Notes under the pieces: model-generated
Seen by the model: the letters and a program-made list of their open reading frames with translations, nothing else
What the model was told of the DNA's origin: nothing
Databases searched by the model: none
DNA from: an uncultured Candidatus Saccharibacteria bacterium
Lineage (GTDB): Bacteria; Patescibacteriota; Minisyncoccia; UBA6257; UBA9933
Direction: 5' to 3'
Length of the DNA stretch: 52,140 nt
Assembly (NCBI GenBank): GCA_964367055.1
Contig: CAYIWD010000001.1
Span: forward strand, 1 to 52,140
Program-made: the position numbers and the translations under genes
Shown here: positions 28,333 through 38,585 of the stretch, piece by piece
How positions within the stretch are numbered: position 1 is the stretch's first letter
Layout of the letters: every line of letters begins with the position of its first letter

Positions 28333-29097
28333 ATGAAAACAATAATTCTTTGTGGCGGCCAGGGTACAAGGATGAAGGAAGAAACCGAGTTTAAGCCAAA
28401 ACCTCTGGTTTTAATCGGCGGCAAGCCGATTTTATGGCATATAATGAAAATTTACAGCCATTACGGGTTTAACGACTTTATTCTGGCATTGGGTTATAAG
28501 GGTGAAATGATAAAACAATATTTTATGAATTGGCGGAGTTTAGTAAATGATTTTACCCTGGATACCAAAAATCACGAGATTGCCTTTCACAACAACGGAT
28601 GTGATGATTTTAAAATTACTTTTGCCGATACTGGCGTGGAAACAGCTCATGGGGAACGCGTTTTAAAATTAAAAGATTACGTTAAAGATGACGTTTTTAT
28701 GGTTACTTATGGGGATGGCGTTTCTAATATCGATATTTCGAAATTGGTGGATTTTCACAAAAAAAAGGGGGTAATAGCGACTATTACCGGCGTGCATCCG
28801 ACATCGCGTTGGGGCATAGTCAATATTGATAAAGATGATTTGATAAAAGATTTTAGTCAGAAACCGGATTATTATGGTTATGTTAATGGCGGTTTTATGG
28901 TTTTAAACAAAGAAATCTTTGACTATATAAAGCCTAGCGATATGATAGAGAAATCTTTACTGCGACTTATCCCGGAAAAACAGTTAGCTATGTATCGTCA
29001 CGATGACTTTTGGTTCGGGATGGATACCTATCGCGAGGTGCTTATACTTAACGAGCTGTGGCAGAATAATCCCAAGTGGAAAATATGGGAAAATTGA
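28333..29097 (+). CDS. rfbF: Glucose-1-phosphate cytidylyltransferase
   Basis: MKTIILCGGQGTRMKEETEFKPKPLVLIGGKPILWHIMKIYSHYGFNDFILALGYKG is the canonical RfbF/DdhA N-terminus. Confidence 0.85.
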   Translation: MKTIILCGGQGTRMKEETEFKPKPLVLIGGKPILWHIMKIYSHYGFNDFILALGYKGEMIKQYFMNWRSLVNDFTLDTKNHEIAFHNNGCDDFKITFADTGVETAHGERVLKLKDYVKDDVFMVTYGDGVSNIDISKLVDFHKKKGVIATITGVHPTSRWGIVNIDKDDLIKDFSQKPDYYGYVNGGFMVLNKEIFDYIKPSDMIEKSLLRLIPEKQLAMYRHDDFWFGMDTYREVLILNELWQNNPKWKIWEN

Positions 29098-30026
29098 AAA
29101 CAAAAAATATTTTAGTGACAGGAGGAGCCGGCTTTATCGGTTCTCATTTAGTAGATAAATTGATAGTGCAGGGGCATAAAGTTGTGGTTTTAGATAACTT
29201 ATCCAGCGGTAGGAGAGAAAATATAAACCCCAAGGCAAAATTTTACAAAATGGATGTTAGGAACAAAAAGGTTTCTGATATTTTTAAAAAAGAAAAAATA
29301 AGAGCTGTTTTCCATTTGGCGGCGCAGCCAATTATTGACAAGGCGTATGAAAGCCCATTTGAGGCGATAGAAACGAATATTATTGGTACGGCGAATATAT
29401 TGGAAGCATGTAGGCAAAAAGGCGATTTGGAATCTATCGTTGTTGTTTCTTCTGACAAGGCCTACGGCAAGGCAAAAAAATTACCTTATAAAGAAGATTT
29501 TCCGCTGAGAGGCGACCATCCTTATGACGCATCAAAGTCGGCTGCCGACTTAATCGCTCAAACTTATTTTTCCACTTACGGCCTGCCTATCGTGATAACC
29601 AGATTCAGCAATGTTTTCGGTCCTCGGGATTTTAATTTTTCAAGAATTATACCGGGAGCTTTAGAGGCGCTTATAAAAAATAAAGAGCTTTTAATAAGAA
29701 GCGATGGAAAAATGATAAGAGAATATACTTATGTTAAAGATATAGTTAATGGTTGTATAAAATTATTCCAGAAAATAAAAAGCGTTAAAGGAGAAGCTTT
29801 TAATTTCGGCAGCAAAAATATTTTCAGCGTTTTGGACGTTCTTAAAAAAATAGAGAAAATTCTGGGAATAAAAATTAAATATAAGATATTGAACATCGCC
29901 AAAAATGAAATACCGAAGCAATATCTTGACTGGGGTAAGGCAAAAACAAAATTAAATTGGAAACCGAAAATAAGTTTCGAAGAAGGAATAAAAGAATCAT
30001 TTAATTGGTATAGAAAATATATATGA
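29085..30026 (+). CDS. Extended SDR, CDP-glucose 4,6-dehydratase-like
   Basis: VTGGAGFIGSHL. FHLAAQPII, SSDKAYG and PYDASKSAAD resemble the RfbG motifs FHMAAQP, TSDKCY and PYSNSK. Follows rfbF. It is shorter than classical RfbG, so the specificity is tentative. Confidence 0.6.
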   Translation: MGKLKTKNILVTGGAGFIGSHLVDKLIVQGHKVVVLDNLSSGRRENINPKAKFYKMDVRNKKVSDIFKKEKIRAVFHLAAQPIIDKAYESPFEAIETNIIGTANILEACRQKGDLESIVVVSSDKAYGKAKKLPYKEDFPLRGDHPYDASKSAADLIAQTYFSTYGLPIVITRFSNVFGPRDFNFSRIIPGALEALIKNKELLIRSDGKMIREYTYVKDIVNGCIKLFQKIKSVKGEAFNFGSKNIFSVLDVLKKIEKILGIKIKYKILNIAKNEIPKQYLDWGKAKTKLNWKPKISFEEGIKESFNWYRKYI

Positions 30027-30517
30027 ATATTGCGGATGCTATAGCAATTCTTGATAAAGAAGTTATAAATCCTCAAATAGGTTTGCCTGATGAGGTATTT
30101 TATTTTATCAGTAGAATAACTCCATTAGTGAATGTTGACTTGTTAATAAAAGATGAAAATGGACGCACGCTTTTGTCCTGGAGAGATGAGAAATATACGG
30201 GGGAAGGGTGGCATTTGCCGGGTGGGATTGTTAGGTTTAAAGAAACCTTAGAAACAAGGGTAAAAAAGGTAGCGGAATCTGAAATAGGCGCGGAAGTTAA
30301 ATTTGACCCCAATCCTATCGCAGTAAATCAAATAATTAATAAAGAACAGAAAATTAGGGGCCATTTTATTTCAATCTTGTATAAATGTTCGTTGCCAGCC
30401 GCTTTTGTTCCGGAAAATAAAGGAATTTTTAATACTGACCCAGGGTATCTTACCTGGCATGATACTTGTCCTAATAATCTGTTGAAATTTCATGAGATTT
30501 ACAGGAAGTTTTTATAA
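30023..30517 (+). CDS. NUDIX hydrolase, GDP-mannose mannosyl hydrolase (WcaH/Gmm)-like
   Basis: GWHLPGGIVRFKETLETRVKKVAESEIG resembles the Gmm Nudix region WFVPGGRVQKDETLE...ELG as recalled. Confidence 0.6.
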   Translation: MNIADAIAILDKEVINPQIGLPDEVFYFISRITPLVNVDLLIKDENGRTLLSWRDEKYTGEGWHLPGGIVRFKETLETRVKKVAESEIGAEVKFDPNPIAVNQIINKEQKIRGHFISILYKCSLPAAFVPENKGIFNTDPGYLTWHDTCPNNLLKFHEIYRKFL

Positions 30518-30522
30518 ATAAA

Positions 30523-32313
30523 ATGAGAGTAGCTGATTATATTTTTAAGTATTTAGCCGATTATGGGATCAGGCATGTTTTTCTTGTAGTTGGCGGCGGG
30601 GCAATGCATTTGAATGACGCGTTAAAAAAAGAAAAGCGAATTAAATATGTCTGTCATCATCACGAGCAGGCTGCGGCAATTGCCGCTGAGGGGTATGCCA
30701 GAGCATCGGGAAATTTGGCAGTTGTTAGCGTAACATCTGGCCCTGGAGGAACTAATGCTTTGACAGGAGTTATCGGCCAATGGCTTGATTCTGTTCCAGT
30801 ATTATATTTGTCCGGTCAAGTAAAATTTGAAACAACGATTGCCTCTGCTCCTAATAGCGGTTTACGCCAAATAGGCGATCAGGAAATTAACATAGTAGAT
30901 ATTGTGAGGCCCGTGACCAAATACGCGAAGATGATAACTGATCCGGAAAGCATAAAATCAGAATTAGAAAAGGCGATTCATTTTGCTGTTTCGGGAAGGC
31001 CGGGCCCGGTATGGTTGGATATTCCGTTAGATGTTCAAGGAGCATTAATTGAAGAAGAGAATTTGAAAAGCGAGAATACGAATAATATTCCACTTGCGGT
31101 AGAAGATAGGGTAATCTCTGTGGTTATTGAAGAGTTGCAAAAAGCCAAGAGGCCTCTGCTTATTGCCGGTCATGGTATTAGAATTTCAAAAGCTAAAAAA
31201 CAATTTTTGGAATTAGTTGGTTTGTTAAATATTCCTGTCGTTACAACGTTTAATGGGTTTGATTTAATTGCTTCTGACGCTGATAACTTTATTGGTAGGA
31301 TAGGAACCCTTGGAAGCCGCGCTGGCAATTTTGCCTTGCAAAACGCTGACCTTGTTGTTTGTCTGGGAACCAGAAACAATATCAGGCAGATTAGCTACAA
31401 CTGGAGCTCATTTGCGAGCCGCGCGAAAAAAATCATTATTGATATTGATGATGCTGAACTGCATAAAAAGACCGTTAAAGGCGACGTTTTGGTTCATTCT
31501 GACGCAAAAATTTTTATAACCAAGCTCTTGGAAAAAATTCCTAAGGGTTTTAAGGTTGATGAAATATGGCTGGAATGGTGTTTGGCGCGCAAGAAAAAAT
31601 ACCCCGTTGTTTTAAATGAATATAAAATCCCGAATGAAAATTCGGTTCACCCTTATTATTTTATTGAAGAATTGACAACAGCATTGAATAATAATGCTAT
31701 TGTGGTTGCGGGAAACGGAACAGCCTGCGTCGCTTTATTTCAAGCCGGTATTGTCAAGGCGGGACAGCGAATTTTTTGGAATTCTGGTTGCGCGGCAATG
31801 GGATATGATTTGCCTGCGTCTATAGGCGCTGCTTTGGCAGGGAATCGGGACGTAATCTGCATCGCGGGAGACGGCAGCATTCAGATGAATCTTCAGGAAC
31901 TGCAAACTGTGAGGCATAATAATTTGCCAATAAAAATATTTATTTTGAATAATCAAGGCTATCATTCCATCAAAGAAACCCAGACAAATTATTTTAATGG
32001 TGATTTTATCGGCTGTAATAAAGATTGCGGCGTTTCTTTCCCGGACAATTCCAAACTCGCAGATTTATATGGTTTGAAATATTTTAAAATCGATTCCACT
32101 TCGAAAATGAGGCAGGTGATTAATGATGTTTTATTTAATCCGGGAGCGGTATTGTGCGAAGTTGTTTTAGGCGATTATATTTTTGCCCCAAAATTGTCAT
32201 CAAAAAAAGAATCTGATGGCCGTATAATATCAAATCCGTTAGAGGACCTTTCTCCGCTTCTTCCGCGGGATGAATTTAAAGAGAATATAATTTCCTCTGA
32301 CGACTTGCTTTAA
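30523..32313 (+). CDS. Thiamine-diphosphate enzyme, acetolactate synthase large-subunit-like (second YerE-like candidate)
   Basis: 596 aa. HEQAAAIAAEGY, TSGPGGTNALTGV, SGRPGPVWLDIPLDV, GDGSIQMNLQELQT. Confidence 0.8.
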   Translation: MRVADYIFKYLADYGIRHVFLVVGGGAMHLNDALKKEKRIKYVCHHHEQAAAIAAEGYARASGNLAVVSVTSGPGGTNALTGVIGQWLDSVPVLYLSGQVKFETTIASAPNSGLRQIGDQEINIVDIVRPVTKYAKMITDPESIKSELEKAIHFAVSGRPGPVWLDIPLDVQGALIEEENLKSENTNNIPLAVEDRVISVVIEELQKAKRPLLIAGHGIRISKAKKQFLELVGLLNIPVVTTFNGFDLIASDADNFIGRIGTLGSRAGNFALQNADLVVCLGTRNNIRQISYNWSSFASRAKKIIIDIDDAELHKKTVKGDVLVHSDAKIFITKLLEKIPKGFKVDEIWLEWCLARKKKYPVVLNEYKIPNENSVHPYYFIEELTTALNNNAIVVAGNGTACVALFQAGIVKAGQRIFWNSGCAAMGYDLPASIGAALAGNRDVICIAGDGSIQMNLQELQTVRHNNLPIKIFILNNQGYHSIKETQTNYFNGDFIGCNKDCGVSFPDNSKLADLYGLKYFKIDSTSKMRQVINDVLFNPGAVLCEVVLGDYIFAPKLSSKKESDGRIISNPLEDLSPLLPRDEFKENIISSDDLL

Positions 32314-32379
32314 ATTGGTAATTATTGTATTATCACGCCAGAAAAACTTTGAAAAAAGAAAAAGAAAGGGGTGATAGAA

Positions 32380-33159
32380 ATGGCGATAAAAGCTGTTATT
32401 TTTGATTTGGATGGGACTCTCTTCCTCGGCGATAAGGCCATAGAGGGAGCCGTAGAGACCATTACTGTTCTTGAACGAGATGGTTATCGGGTTTTTTACC
32501 TTACAAACAATTCGGGAAAGAGTTGGCAGAGTATAATCAACAAACTGGTTCGCCTTGGCTTTGCAGCGCACGCGCGTAATACGTATTGCGGTTCGTATGC
32601 CATTGCCGCCTATTTGACGGAAAACAATCTTGTATCCGTTTTTGCGGTTGGTAGCGATGGTTTGCTGGCTGATTTGATGCGTTGGAATCTGAAGGTACTT
32701 TGGTCTTCTAATGTGGCTGCGGTAGTTGTAGGTCTCGATCTAGATTTCTCTTACAGCAAAATAACGACGGCCTTGAGGGCGATACACAATGGCGCCAAAT
32801 TGGTGGTTGCCAATGTGGACGCAAACTATCCAGCAGGCGACGGCGAAATACTACCCGGCTGCGGTGCCATGGTAGGCGCGATTGTCGGCGCGACAGGTCA
32901 TGCCCCAGATTTTCATGTCGGAAAGCCCAATGCTTATATGCTAGAGTTACTTTGCAAAGAGCACGGACTTTCACCAGACGAAATCTGCGTTGTAGGAGAT
33001 GTGCCCGAAAGCGATATTGCGATGGCTGATAATTTCGGGTGTCAAGGAATACTCTTTGACCCCGAAGATGTCTATACGACATTTTCGGGTGCTAAGGTGA
33101 AATGGTTGTTTGAGATTATTCCATTACTCAAAAATCAAGAAAGGAGGACAAGGAGATGA
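32380..33159 (+). CDS. HAD-IIA family phosphatase (NagD-like)
   Basis: VIFDLDGTLFLG, TNNS, GKPN, VGDVPESDI. ATG at 32380 preceded by AAAGGGG. Visibly higher GC. Confidence 0.7.
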   Translation: MAIKAVIFDLDGTLFLGDKAIEGAVETITVLERDGYRVFYLTNNSGKSWQSIINKLVRLGFAAHARNTYCGSYAIAAYLTENNLVSVFAVGSDGLLADLMRWNLKVLWSSNVAAVVVGLDLDFSYSKITTALRAIHNGAKLVVANVDANYPAGDGEILPGCGAMVGAIVGATGHAPDFHVGKPNAYMLELLCKEHGLSPDEICVVGDVPESDIAMADNFGCQGILFDPEDVYTTFSGAKVKWLFEIIPLLKNQERRTRR

Positions 33160-33950
33160 ACGTTTTAGAGTACGAAATGGTAGAGGTACTGAAGTCGCTA
33201 AAAAACGATTTCGGCGTGTTTGAAATCAAGGCCGAATTTGAGGCCGAGGGAACCCGCATGGAAGAGATGATGCGGCTCAAAGACGTGACCACCTTTGTGG
33301 GGCTGCCCATCATTCTCAAGATCGGCGGAGTGGAGGCAGTCACTGATATTTACAACGCCTTGGCCATCGGCGTGAAAGGAATTATCGCGCCAATGGCGGA
33401 AACACCGTTCGCGCTGTCCAAGTGGTTCGGTACCATCAGGAACATGGTTCCGCCGGACAATGCCAAAGACATCCAGTTTGCGGTGAATTTCGAAACGATT
33501 ACGACTTACCGCAACATCGATGCTATGTTGGCGTTGCCTGATGTCTCGCTGCTCACAGGCGTGACCGTCGGTAGGGTTGATTTGACCGCTTCTATGGGTC
33601 TGGGCAGAGATGCCATCAATACCTCACAGGAAGTATATGATGTATGTGAGTCTATGATGAGAAAGATTAAGGCCAAGGGATTGAAAACCGGCCTGGGCGG
33701 CGGCATTTCCAAAGAAACGCTTCCTATCATAACCAGATTGGAGGAGGCGAATCTTCTGGATAAATTCGAAACCCGCAAGGTCGTGTTCCCCGGCAACGCT
33801 TGGAAGTATGGGGAAGCGGCTATTTTGAAAGCGGTGGAATTCGAGCTGCTCTGGTTAAAGAGCAAGCGCCGGTACTACTCGCGCGTTAAGGCAGAGGACG
33901 AACACAGGATCGCTATGCTCGAGAAACGGTTGGGGCTGCCTCAGTCCTAA
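33156..33950 (+). CDS. HpcH/HpaI-type aldolase / citrate-lyase-beta-like TIM-barrel protein (tentative)
   Basis: IIAPMAETPFAL and FETI...GRVDLTASMGL resemble the PMVET and GxxDL motifs of the family. A 100-nt hand count (33301-33400) gives 55% GC. Confidence 0.45.
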   Translation: MNVLEYEMVEVLKSLKNDFGVFEIKAEFEAEGTRMEEMMRLKDVTTFVGLPIILKIGGVEAVTDIYNALAIGVKGIIAPMAETPFALSKWFGTIRNMVPPDNAKDIQFAVNFETITTYRNIDAMLALPDVSLLTGVTVGRVDLTASMGLGRDAINTSQEVYDVCESMMRKIKAKGLKTGLGGGISKETLPIITRLEEANLLDKFETRKVVFPGNAWKYGEAAILKAVEFELLWLKSKRRYYSRVKAEDEHRIAMLEKRLGLPQS

Positions 33951-33985
33951 TCTGCGCAGAACATTGGACGGCTGATGAAGCCGAA

Positions 33986-34017
33986 GGCCCGGTTTAGCTT
34001 AACCGGGCCCTTTTTTT
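33986..34017 (+). terminator. Strong rho-independent terminator
   Basis: GGCCCGGTT-tagctt-AACCGGGCC followed by C and TTTTTTT. Confidence 0.8.
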
Positions 34018-34021
34018 ACAA

Positions 34022-34050
34022 TTGACTTTCTCGTCAACATAGCATAAATT
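34022..34050 (+). promoter_or_regulatory. Sigma70-like promoter TTGACT-17 nt-TAAATT
   Basis: Read directly. The -10 element ends 12 nt before the ATG at 34062, giving a very short leader. Confidence 0.4.
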
Positions 34051-34061
34051 GTTATATACTT

Positions 34062-35567
34062 ATGAATGTTTTATTGGTTTTTCCGTTTTCAATTATAGAA
34101 TGGAATAATAAATACGAAGAACCGCGTATTCCCCTTAATATTACATATTTAGGTTCTTCAGCGCGCAAGGCTGGACACAATGTGAATCTTGTGGATTTGA
34201 GGGTAGAACAGCAAAAACGTAAGTTTAGGGTGTCTGATTCATTTGAGTGTGATGATGTCAGGTTTCTCACAAAAATTATGGAAGATAAAATTGTTGAGAA
34301 TAATACTGATATTGTGGGAATTAATTGTTTATACTCCGGATTGTTCCCAGTAGTGGCACATTTAGCAAAACATATAAAGTTATTAAACTCAAAAATTAAG
34401 GTTGTGATAGGCGGGATACATCCTACGATATATGCAAAGGAGATTTTAAATCAATACAAAGATAGTATTGATTATGTAGTTATTGGTGAAGGTGAGAGTT
34501 CTTTTGTCGAATTGCTTAACTGTTTAGCTGCTAATGATTTGCCAGGAATGTCTTATATTGGTGGATTGGGATATTTTAAAAATAACCAAGTAGTTATTAA
34601 TCCGAAAAGTAATTATATAGAAAATTTGGATGAGCTGCCGTTCCCGGCAGTGGATTTGTTAAATATCGCAGATTATTACATTGATACAAGCGGTTGGCAT
34701 AGCCCAAAAGGCTTTGCGATTAAAACTCCCGTGCCGATTATCACAAGCAGGTCGTGCCCAAACATGTGCAATTTTTGCAGCATGCATTTTGTTCATGGCA
34801 AAAAAATTCGTTACCGGTCTGCAGAGAATGCGATAGAAGAAATGAAAATGTATATAAATAACTATGGGCTAAACTATTTTAATATAACCGATGATAATTT
34901 AACGATTAACAAAGAAAGAGTAATTAAGCTTATGAATTTAATCGTAAAAGAAAAATTAAACATACAATTCTCAACAGAAAATGGGGTTTACGTAAATACC
35001 CTAGATGAAGAAGTTCTAGACGCTATGTCAAGAGCAGGTCTTGTGCGGTTGCACCTGGCGTTTGAAACCGGCTCGGATTATATAAGAACTAAAGTAATTG
35101 GAAAAAACTTATTTAATAAAAAGATAGATGAGCTAAAACATATTCTCATAAAGGATAAGTATAACCATATATATTTATATGGGTATTTTGTAATTGGATT
35201 CCCTGAAGAGACCGAGGAAACATTAAATGAGACGTATCAATTACTAACTTCTTTTCCGCTTGATAATTATTCCTTGTTTTATGCAACACCGTTTCCAGGC
35301 ACAAGATTGTACAATCAATGCTTAAAAGAGAGGCTTTTTACGGAAAAGTATTTTTATGACACTGATTTGCTAGTTAAGCAGGTGAATGTGGGACAAATGG
35401 TCAAAGGGCTTCCTTATATCAAGCCTTATAATTTAGAATTGTCGCAACTTATTGAATTCAAGGAAAAAGCATTGAACTATTTAAAGAAGAAAAGATCTAA
35501 TTCATTAGTGCCTATGAGTAGCCCTCTTAGATTCAATAAAACCACAACCTTTAATGATAAAAATTAG
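34062..35567 (+). CDS. Cobalamin-binding (class B) radical SAM enzyme
   Basis: VVIGGIHPT and IGEGES. ITSRSCPNMCNFCSM cluster motif. Confidence 0.85.
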   Translation: MNVLLVFPFSIIEWNNKYEEPRIPLNITYLGSSARKAGHNVNLVDLRVEQQKRKFRVSDSFECDDVRFLTKIMEDKIVENNTDIVGINCLYSGLFPVVAHLAKHIKLLNSKIKVVIGGIHPTIYAKEILNQYKDSIDYVVIGEGESSFVELLNCLAANDLPGMSYIGGLGYFKNNQVVINPKSNYIENLDELPFPAVDLLNIADYYIDTSGWHSPKGFAIKTPVPIITSRSCPNMCNFCSMHFVHGKKIRYRSAENAIEEMKMYINNYGLNYFNITDDNLTINKERVIKLMNLIVKEKLNIQFSTENGVYVNTLDEEVLDAMSRAGLVRLHLAFETGSDYIRTKVIGKNLFNKKIDELKHILIKDKYNHIYLYGYFVIGFPEETEETLNETYQLLTSFPLDNYSLFYATPFPGTRLYNQCLKERLFTEKYFYDTDLLVKQVNVGQMVKGLPYIKPYNLELSQLIEFKEKALNYLKKKRSNSLVPMSSPLRFNKTTTFNDKN

Positions 35568-35576
35568 CGATATATT

Positions 35577-36713
35577 ATGAATCCTACTAATTGCCGTTTG
35601 TGCAACTGTCAGTTGTTTCCAAATCCTTTATTGCAATTAAATGGGATGCCAAAAGCTGCTCAATATTTTCCGCAAGAAGATGATTTCAAGAAAGACAAGG
35701 GGATAACTTTTAAGATATACCAATGTTCTGCTTGCGGTTTAGTTCAGCTAAATATAGAACCTGTGGACTATTTCAGAGAAGTAATTACTGCCGCGTCATT
35801 TTCTGAGAAAACAAGATTATCTAGATTAAACCAAATGAAAGAATTTGTTAGTAAATTTAGGTTGCGAGGAAAAAAAGTTTTAGAGATCGGCAGCGGTAAG
35901 GGCGATATGCTGGATGTTTTGGAAGAGGTGGGTTTAAGGGCAGTTGGAATTGAAGCTTCATCAAAATCAGTAAAGATTGGGCAATCCGCCGGCAGAAAAA
36001 TGATCAATGGTTATATCGGAGATATAAATAAAATAAATGGCTATCCATTTGATGCCTTTGTTTCATTAAATTACCTCGAACATTTGCCCGAACCAGGCCG
36101 TATTATCAAAAACATATATGACAACACGACCGCTAATGCCGTAGGGTTTGTAACTGTTCCCAATTTGGATTATTTATTGGAAACGCGGTGTTTTTATGAA
36201 TTTGTTGCCGACCATCTTTCATATTTCACCAAAAAAACATTGGCATATGCTTTTGAAAAAAATGGTTTTGAGGTATTAGAGTGTTATGCAATTAATGAGA
36301 ATAATGATATCGCGGCAGTAGTGAAAAAGAAAGAAGCTCTGGATATTTCCGGACACTTCAATGAAGTTGAAGAACTTATTAAAAATTTACAACAGATTGT
36401 AGCTGACTACGAATCACAAAATAAAAAAGTAGCTGTTTGGGGCGCAGGCCACAGAACGCTTGCATTGTTAGCGCTGAGCAAAGTCAAAAATATTGAATAT
36501 GTGATAGACTCGGCAAAGTTTAAGCAAGGAAGATTTACCCCTATTTTGCATTTGAATATAGTGCCTCCAGAGCATTTGAAGGAGAAAAGGGTTAATTTGG
36601 TGATGGTTATGGTGCCGGGGCTTTACTCAAGCGAAGTGCTGAAGTCGCTAAATAATATGAATTTAGGCATAGATATTGCGGTGCTTCGCGATAATAAAAT
36701 AGAAAAATTATGA
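35577..36713 (+). CDS. NDP-sugar C-methyltransferase-like protein (Zn-ribbon + class I MTase + C-terminal C-methyltransferase domain architecture)
   Basis: CRLC...CSACG zinc ribbon. VLEIGSGKGDMLDVL motif I. The C-terminal Rossmann-like segment (VAVWGAGHRT) matches TylC3/NovU-type sugar 3-C-methyltransferases as recalled. Confidence 0.65.
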   Translation: MNPTNCRLCNCQLFPNPLLQLNGMPKAAQYFPQEDDFKKDKGITFKIYQCSACGLVQLNIEPVDYFREVITAASFSEKTRLSRLNQMKEFVSKFRLRGKKVLEIGSGKGDMLDVLEEVGLRAVGIEASSKSVKIGQSAGRKMINGYIGDINKINGYPFDAFVSLNYLEHLPEPGRIIKNIYDNTTANAVGFVTVPNLDYLLETRCFYEFVADHLSYFTKKTLAYAFEKNGFEVLECYAINENNDIAAVVKKKEALDISGHFNEVEELIKNLQQIVADYESQNKKVAVWGAGHRTLALLALSKVKNIEYVIDSAKFKQGRFTPILHLNIVPPEHLKEKRVNLVMVMVPGLYSSEVLKSLNNMNLGIDIAVLRDNKIEKL

Positions 36714-37705
36714 AAGCAAAAATTATTGCCAGAGTTTTTAACTCAGAAAAAACACAGTTAGAAAATGTGATACCATTAGACACGCCTTATTCGGTGCATA
36801 TTGATATATGTAGCGTATGCAACTTTAAGTGCAGTTTTTGTTTTCAATCAAATCCTGAAGCTATGAAGAGTAAGGGTTATAAATACGGTTTTATGAGTTT
36901 GGATTTATTTAAAAAGATAACAGATGACCTTACGCAATTTAAACATAAGATAAGAAAAGTTAAAATTGGCTTACACGGCGAGCCAACACTACACCCCGAA
37001 TTGCCAAAGATGATAAGTTATATGAAATCAAAGAATGTTACGGAAATCATTGAATTATTTACAAATGCGTCATTATTAAATCCTAAATTAAATAAGGAAA
37101 TAATTGACGCCGGGCTTGATAGAGTAAATATGTCGATTGAAGGATTAACTTCTGAAAAATATAAAGAAGTTACAGGGGCTACTGTCGATATGAAAAAATT
37201 TATTGAAAATATAAAAAATTTATATGAAATTAGAAAAGACTGCAAAATTTATATAAAAGTTGTTGATATCAATTTTAGCCAGGAAGATAAAGATAAATTT
37301 TACAATATGTTTGGGAATATTTGCGATGAAATGTTTGTTGAGCATGTTGTGCCTCAATGGGCAGAAATAAATAAATTTGATGTTGATACGACGGGCATGT
37401 ATGGTCAAAAAGTTGACAGATATAAGGAGGTTTGTCCATTTCCATTTATGTATTTGCACTTTAATTTTGACGGGACAACAAGTCCTTGTACTCTTGACTG
37501 GGGAAAACAAGTGTTAATTGGCGATGTCAGCAAAGAAAGTGCTGTGGAAATATGGCAAGGGAAGAAACTTAAATATCTGCAGATAAAAATGTTGGAAAAA
37601 AAGCGGGATGGCATTCCTTTTTGTAATAAATGTCTTGCTCCAGTGGTCTGTTGTTTGGAAAACTTAGATGATCATACTGAAATACTGTTAAAAAAAATAA
37701 AATGA
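36710..37705 (+). CDS. Radical SAM enzyme with SPASM/twitch-type C-terminal Cys cluster
   Basis: ICSVCNFKCSFCFQ and GLHGEPTLHP. C-terminal CPFPF...SPCTLDW...CNKCLAPVVCC. Confidence 0.8.
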   Translation: MKAKIIARVFNSEKTQLENVIPLDTPYSVHIDICSVCNFKCSFCFQSNPEAMKSKGYKYGFMSLDLFKKITDDLTQFKHKIRKVKIGLHGEPTLHPELPKMISYMKSKNVTEIIELFTNASLLNPKLNKEIIDAGLDRVNMSIEGLTSEKYKEVTGATVDMKKFIENIKNLYEIRKDCKIYIKVVDINFSQEDKDKFYNMFGNICDEMFVEHVVPQWAEINKFDVDTTGMYGQKVDRYKEVCPFPFMYLHFNFDGTTSPCTLDWGKQVLIGDVSKESAVEIWQGKKLKYLQIKMLEKKRDGIPFCNKCLAPVVCCLENLDDHTEILLKKIK

Positions 37706-38553
37706 AAATATTTATTACAGGAACAAATGGGTTTATCGGTCGGAATTTAAAAGAGTATTTTCAAGACAGATATAGTGGCACATATTGCCCAAAACGCCAA
37801 GAACTTAATTTATTAGATTCCTTGGCTGTTAACGATTATCTAAAAAAATATGAATTTGATATAGTTATTAATTGCGCGATTACTACTGCCTCTGTTGAAG
37901 AGAATCTGAAAATGTATTTTAATATTGAAAGACGTTCACGGTCGTTTGGGAAGATGATCAACCTGGGATCGGGTTCGGAATATGACTTAAATAACTATAT
38001 TCCTAAAATGGAAGAGGAATATTTTGGTAAACACATACCGTCAGATATTTATGGATTTTCAAAATATGTAATTGCTAAAGATATAGAAAAAGAACATAGA
38101 AATATAATTAATCTTCGGCTCTTTGGTATTTACGGTAAATACGAGAACTACAAACGCAGGTTTATTTCGAACAACATTTGCAGGGTTTTGTGCAATTTAA
38201 ACATATCAATAAACAGGAATATGTTCCTTGATTATTTATATATTGTTGATTTTTTAAAAATAGTAGAAATGTTTGTTAAAAAAGATACAAAACAGCGAAC
38301 CTATAATATTTGTACAGGGAAAAGTGTCGATCTTATTACGCTGGCTGAAATCATTAAAGAGGTAGACGGAAAAGGGTTGCCGATAATCATAAAACAAGAT
38401 GGATTAAATTCGGAATATTCCGGCGATAATACGCTTTTCTTACAGGAATTTGGAGAATTTAACTTTACTCAACACAAAAAAGCTATAAGCGAGCTATATT
38501 ATTGGTATAAAGATACAAGCGGGTTAATGTTCGATGCAAAAGATTTCGTTTAG
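37702..38553 (+). CDS. NAD(P)-dependent sugar epimerase/reductase (SDR)
   Basis: MKIFITGTNGFIGRNL and YGFSKYV (YxxxK). Paralogous to the next gene (RLFGIYGKYENYKRRFISN vs RIFGIYGKYEDYRYKFISN). Confidence 0.7.
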   Translation: MKIFITGTNGFIGRNLKEYFQDRYSGTYCPKRQELNLLDSLAVNDYLKKYEFDIVINCAITTASVEENLKMYFNIERRSRSFGKMINLGSGSEYDLNNYIPKMEEEYFGKHIPSDIYGFSKYVIAKDIEKEHRNIINLRLFGIYGKYENYKRRFISNNICRVLCNLNISINRNMFLDYLYIVDFLKIVEMFVKKDTKQRTYNICTGKSVDLITLAEIIKEVDGKGLPIIIKQDGLNSEYSGDNTLFLQEFGEFNFTQHKKAISELYYWYKDTSGLMFDAKDFV

Positions 38554-38585
38554 GCAATTCTATACAGGATAAAATTCAAATATTT

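Noticed and set aside
32708-33865. Minus-strand ORFs 32708-33082 and 33506-33865
   Set aside because: They are antisense to the well-supported HAD and aldolase-like genes in the higher-GC segment and translate to Arg/Ser/Pro-rich sequence. They are spurious.
34346-34355. CCCAGTAGTG inside the radical SAM gene at 34062 and TACTGGG at 24550-24556, as extra family-1 ends
   Set aside because: These are single 7-10 nt matches with no partner arm, no adjacent TATG and no start-codon association. They are within chance expectation for a 52-kb window.
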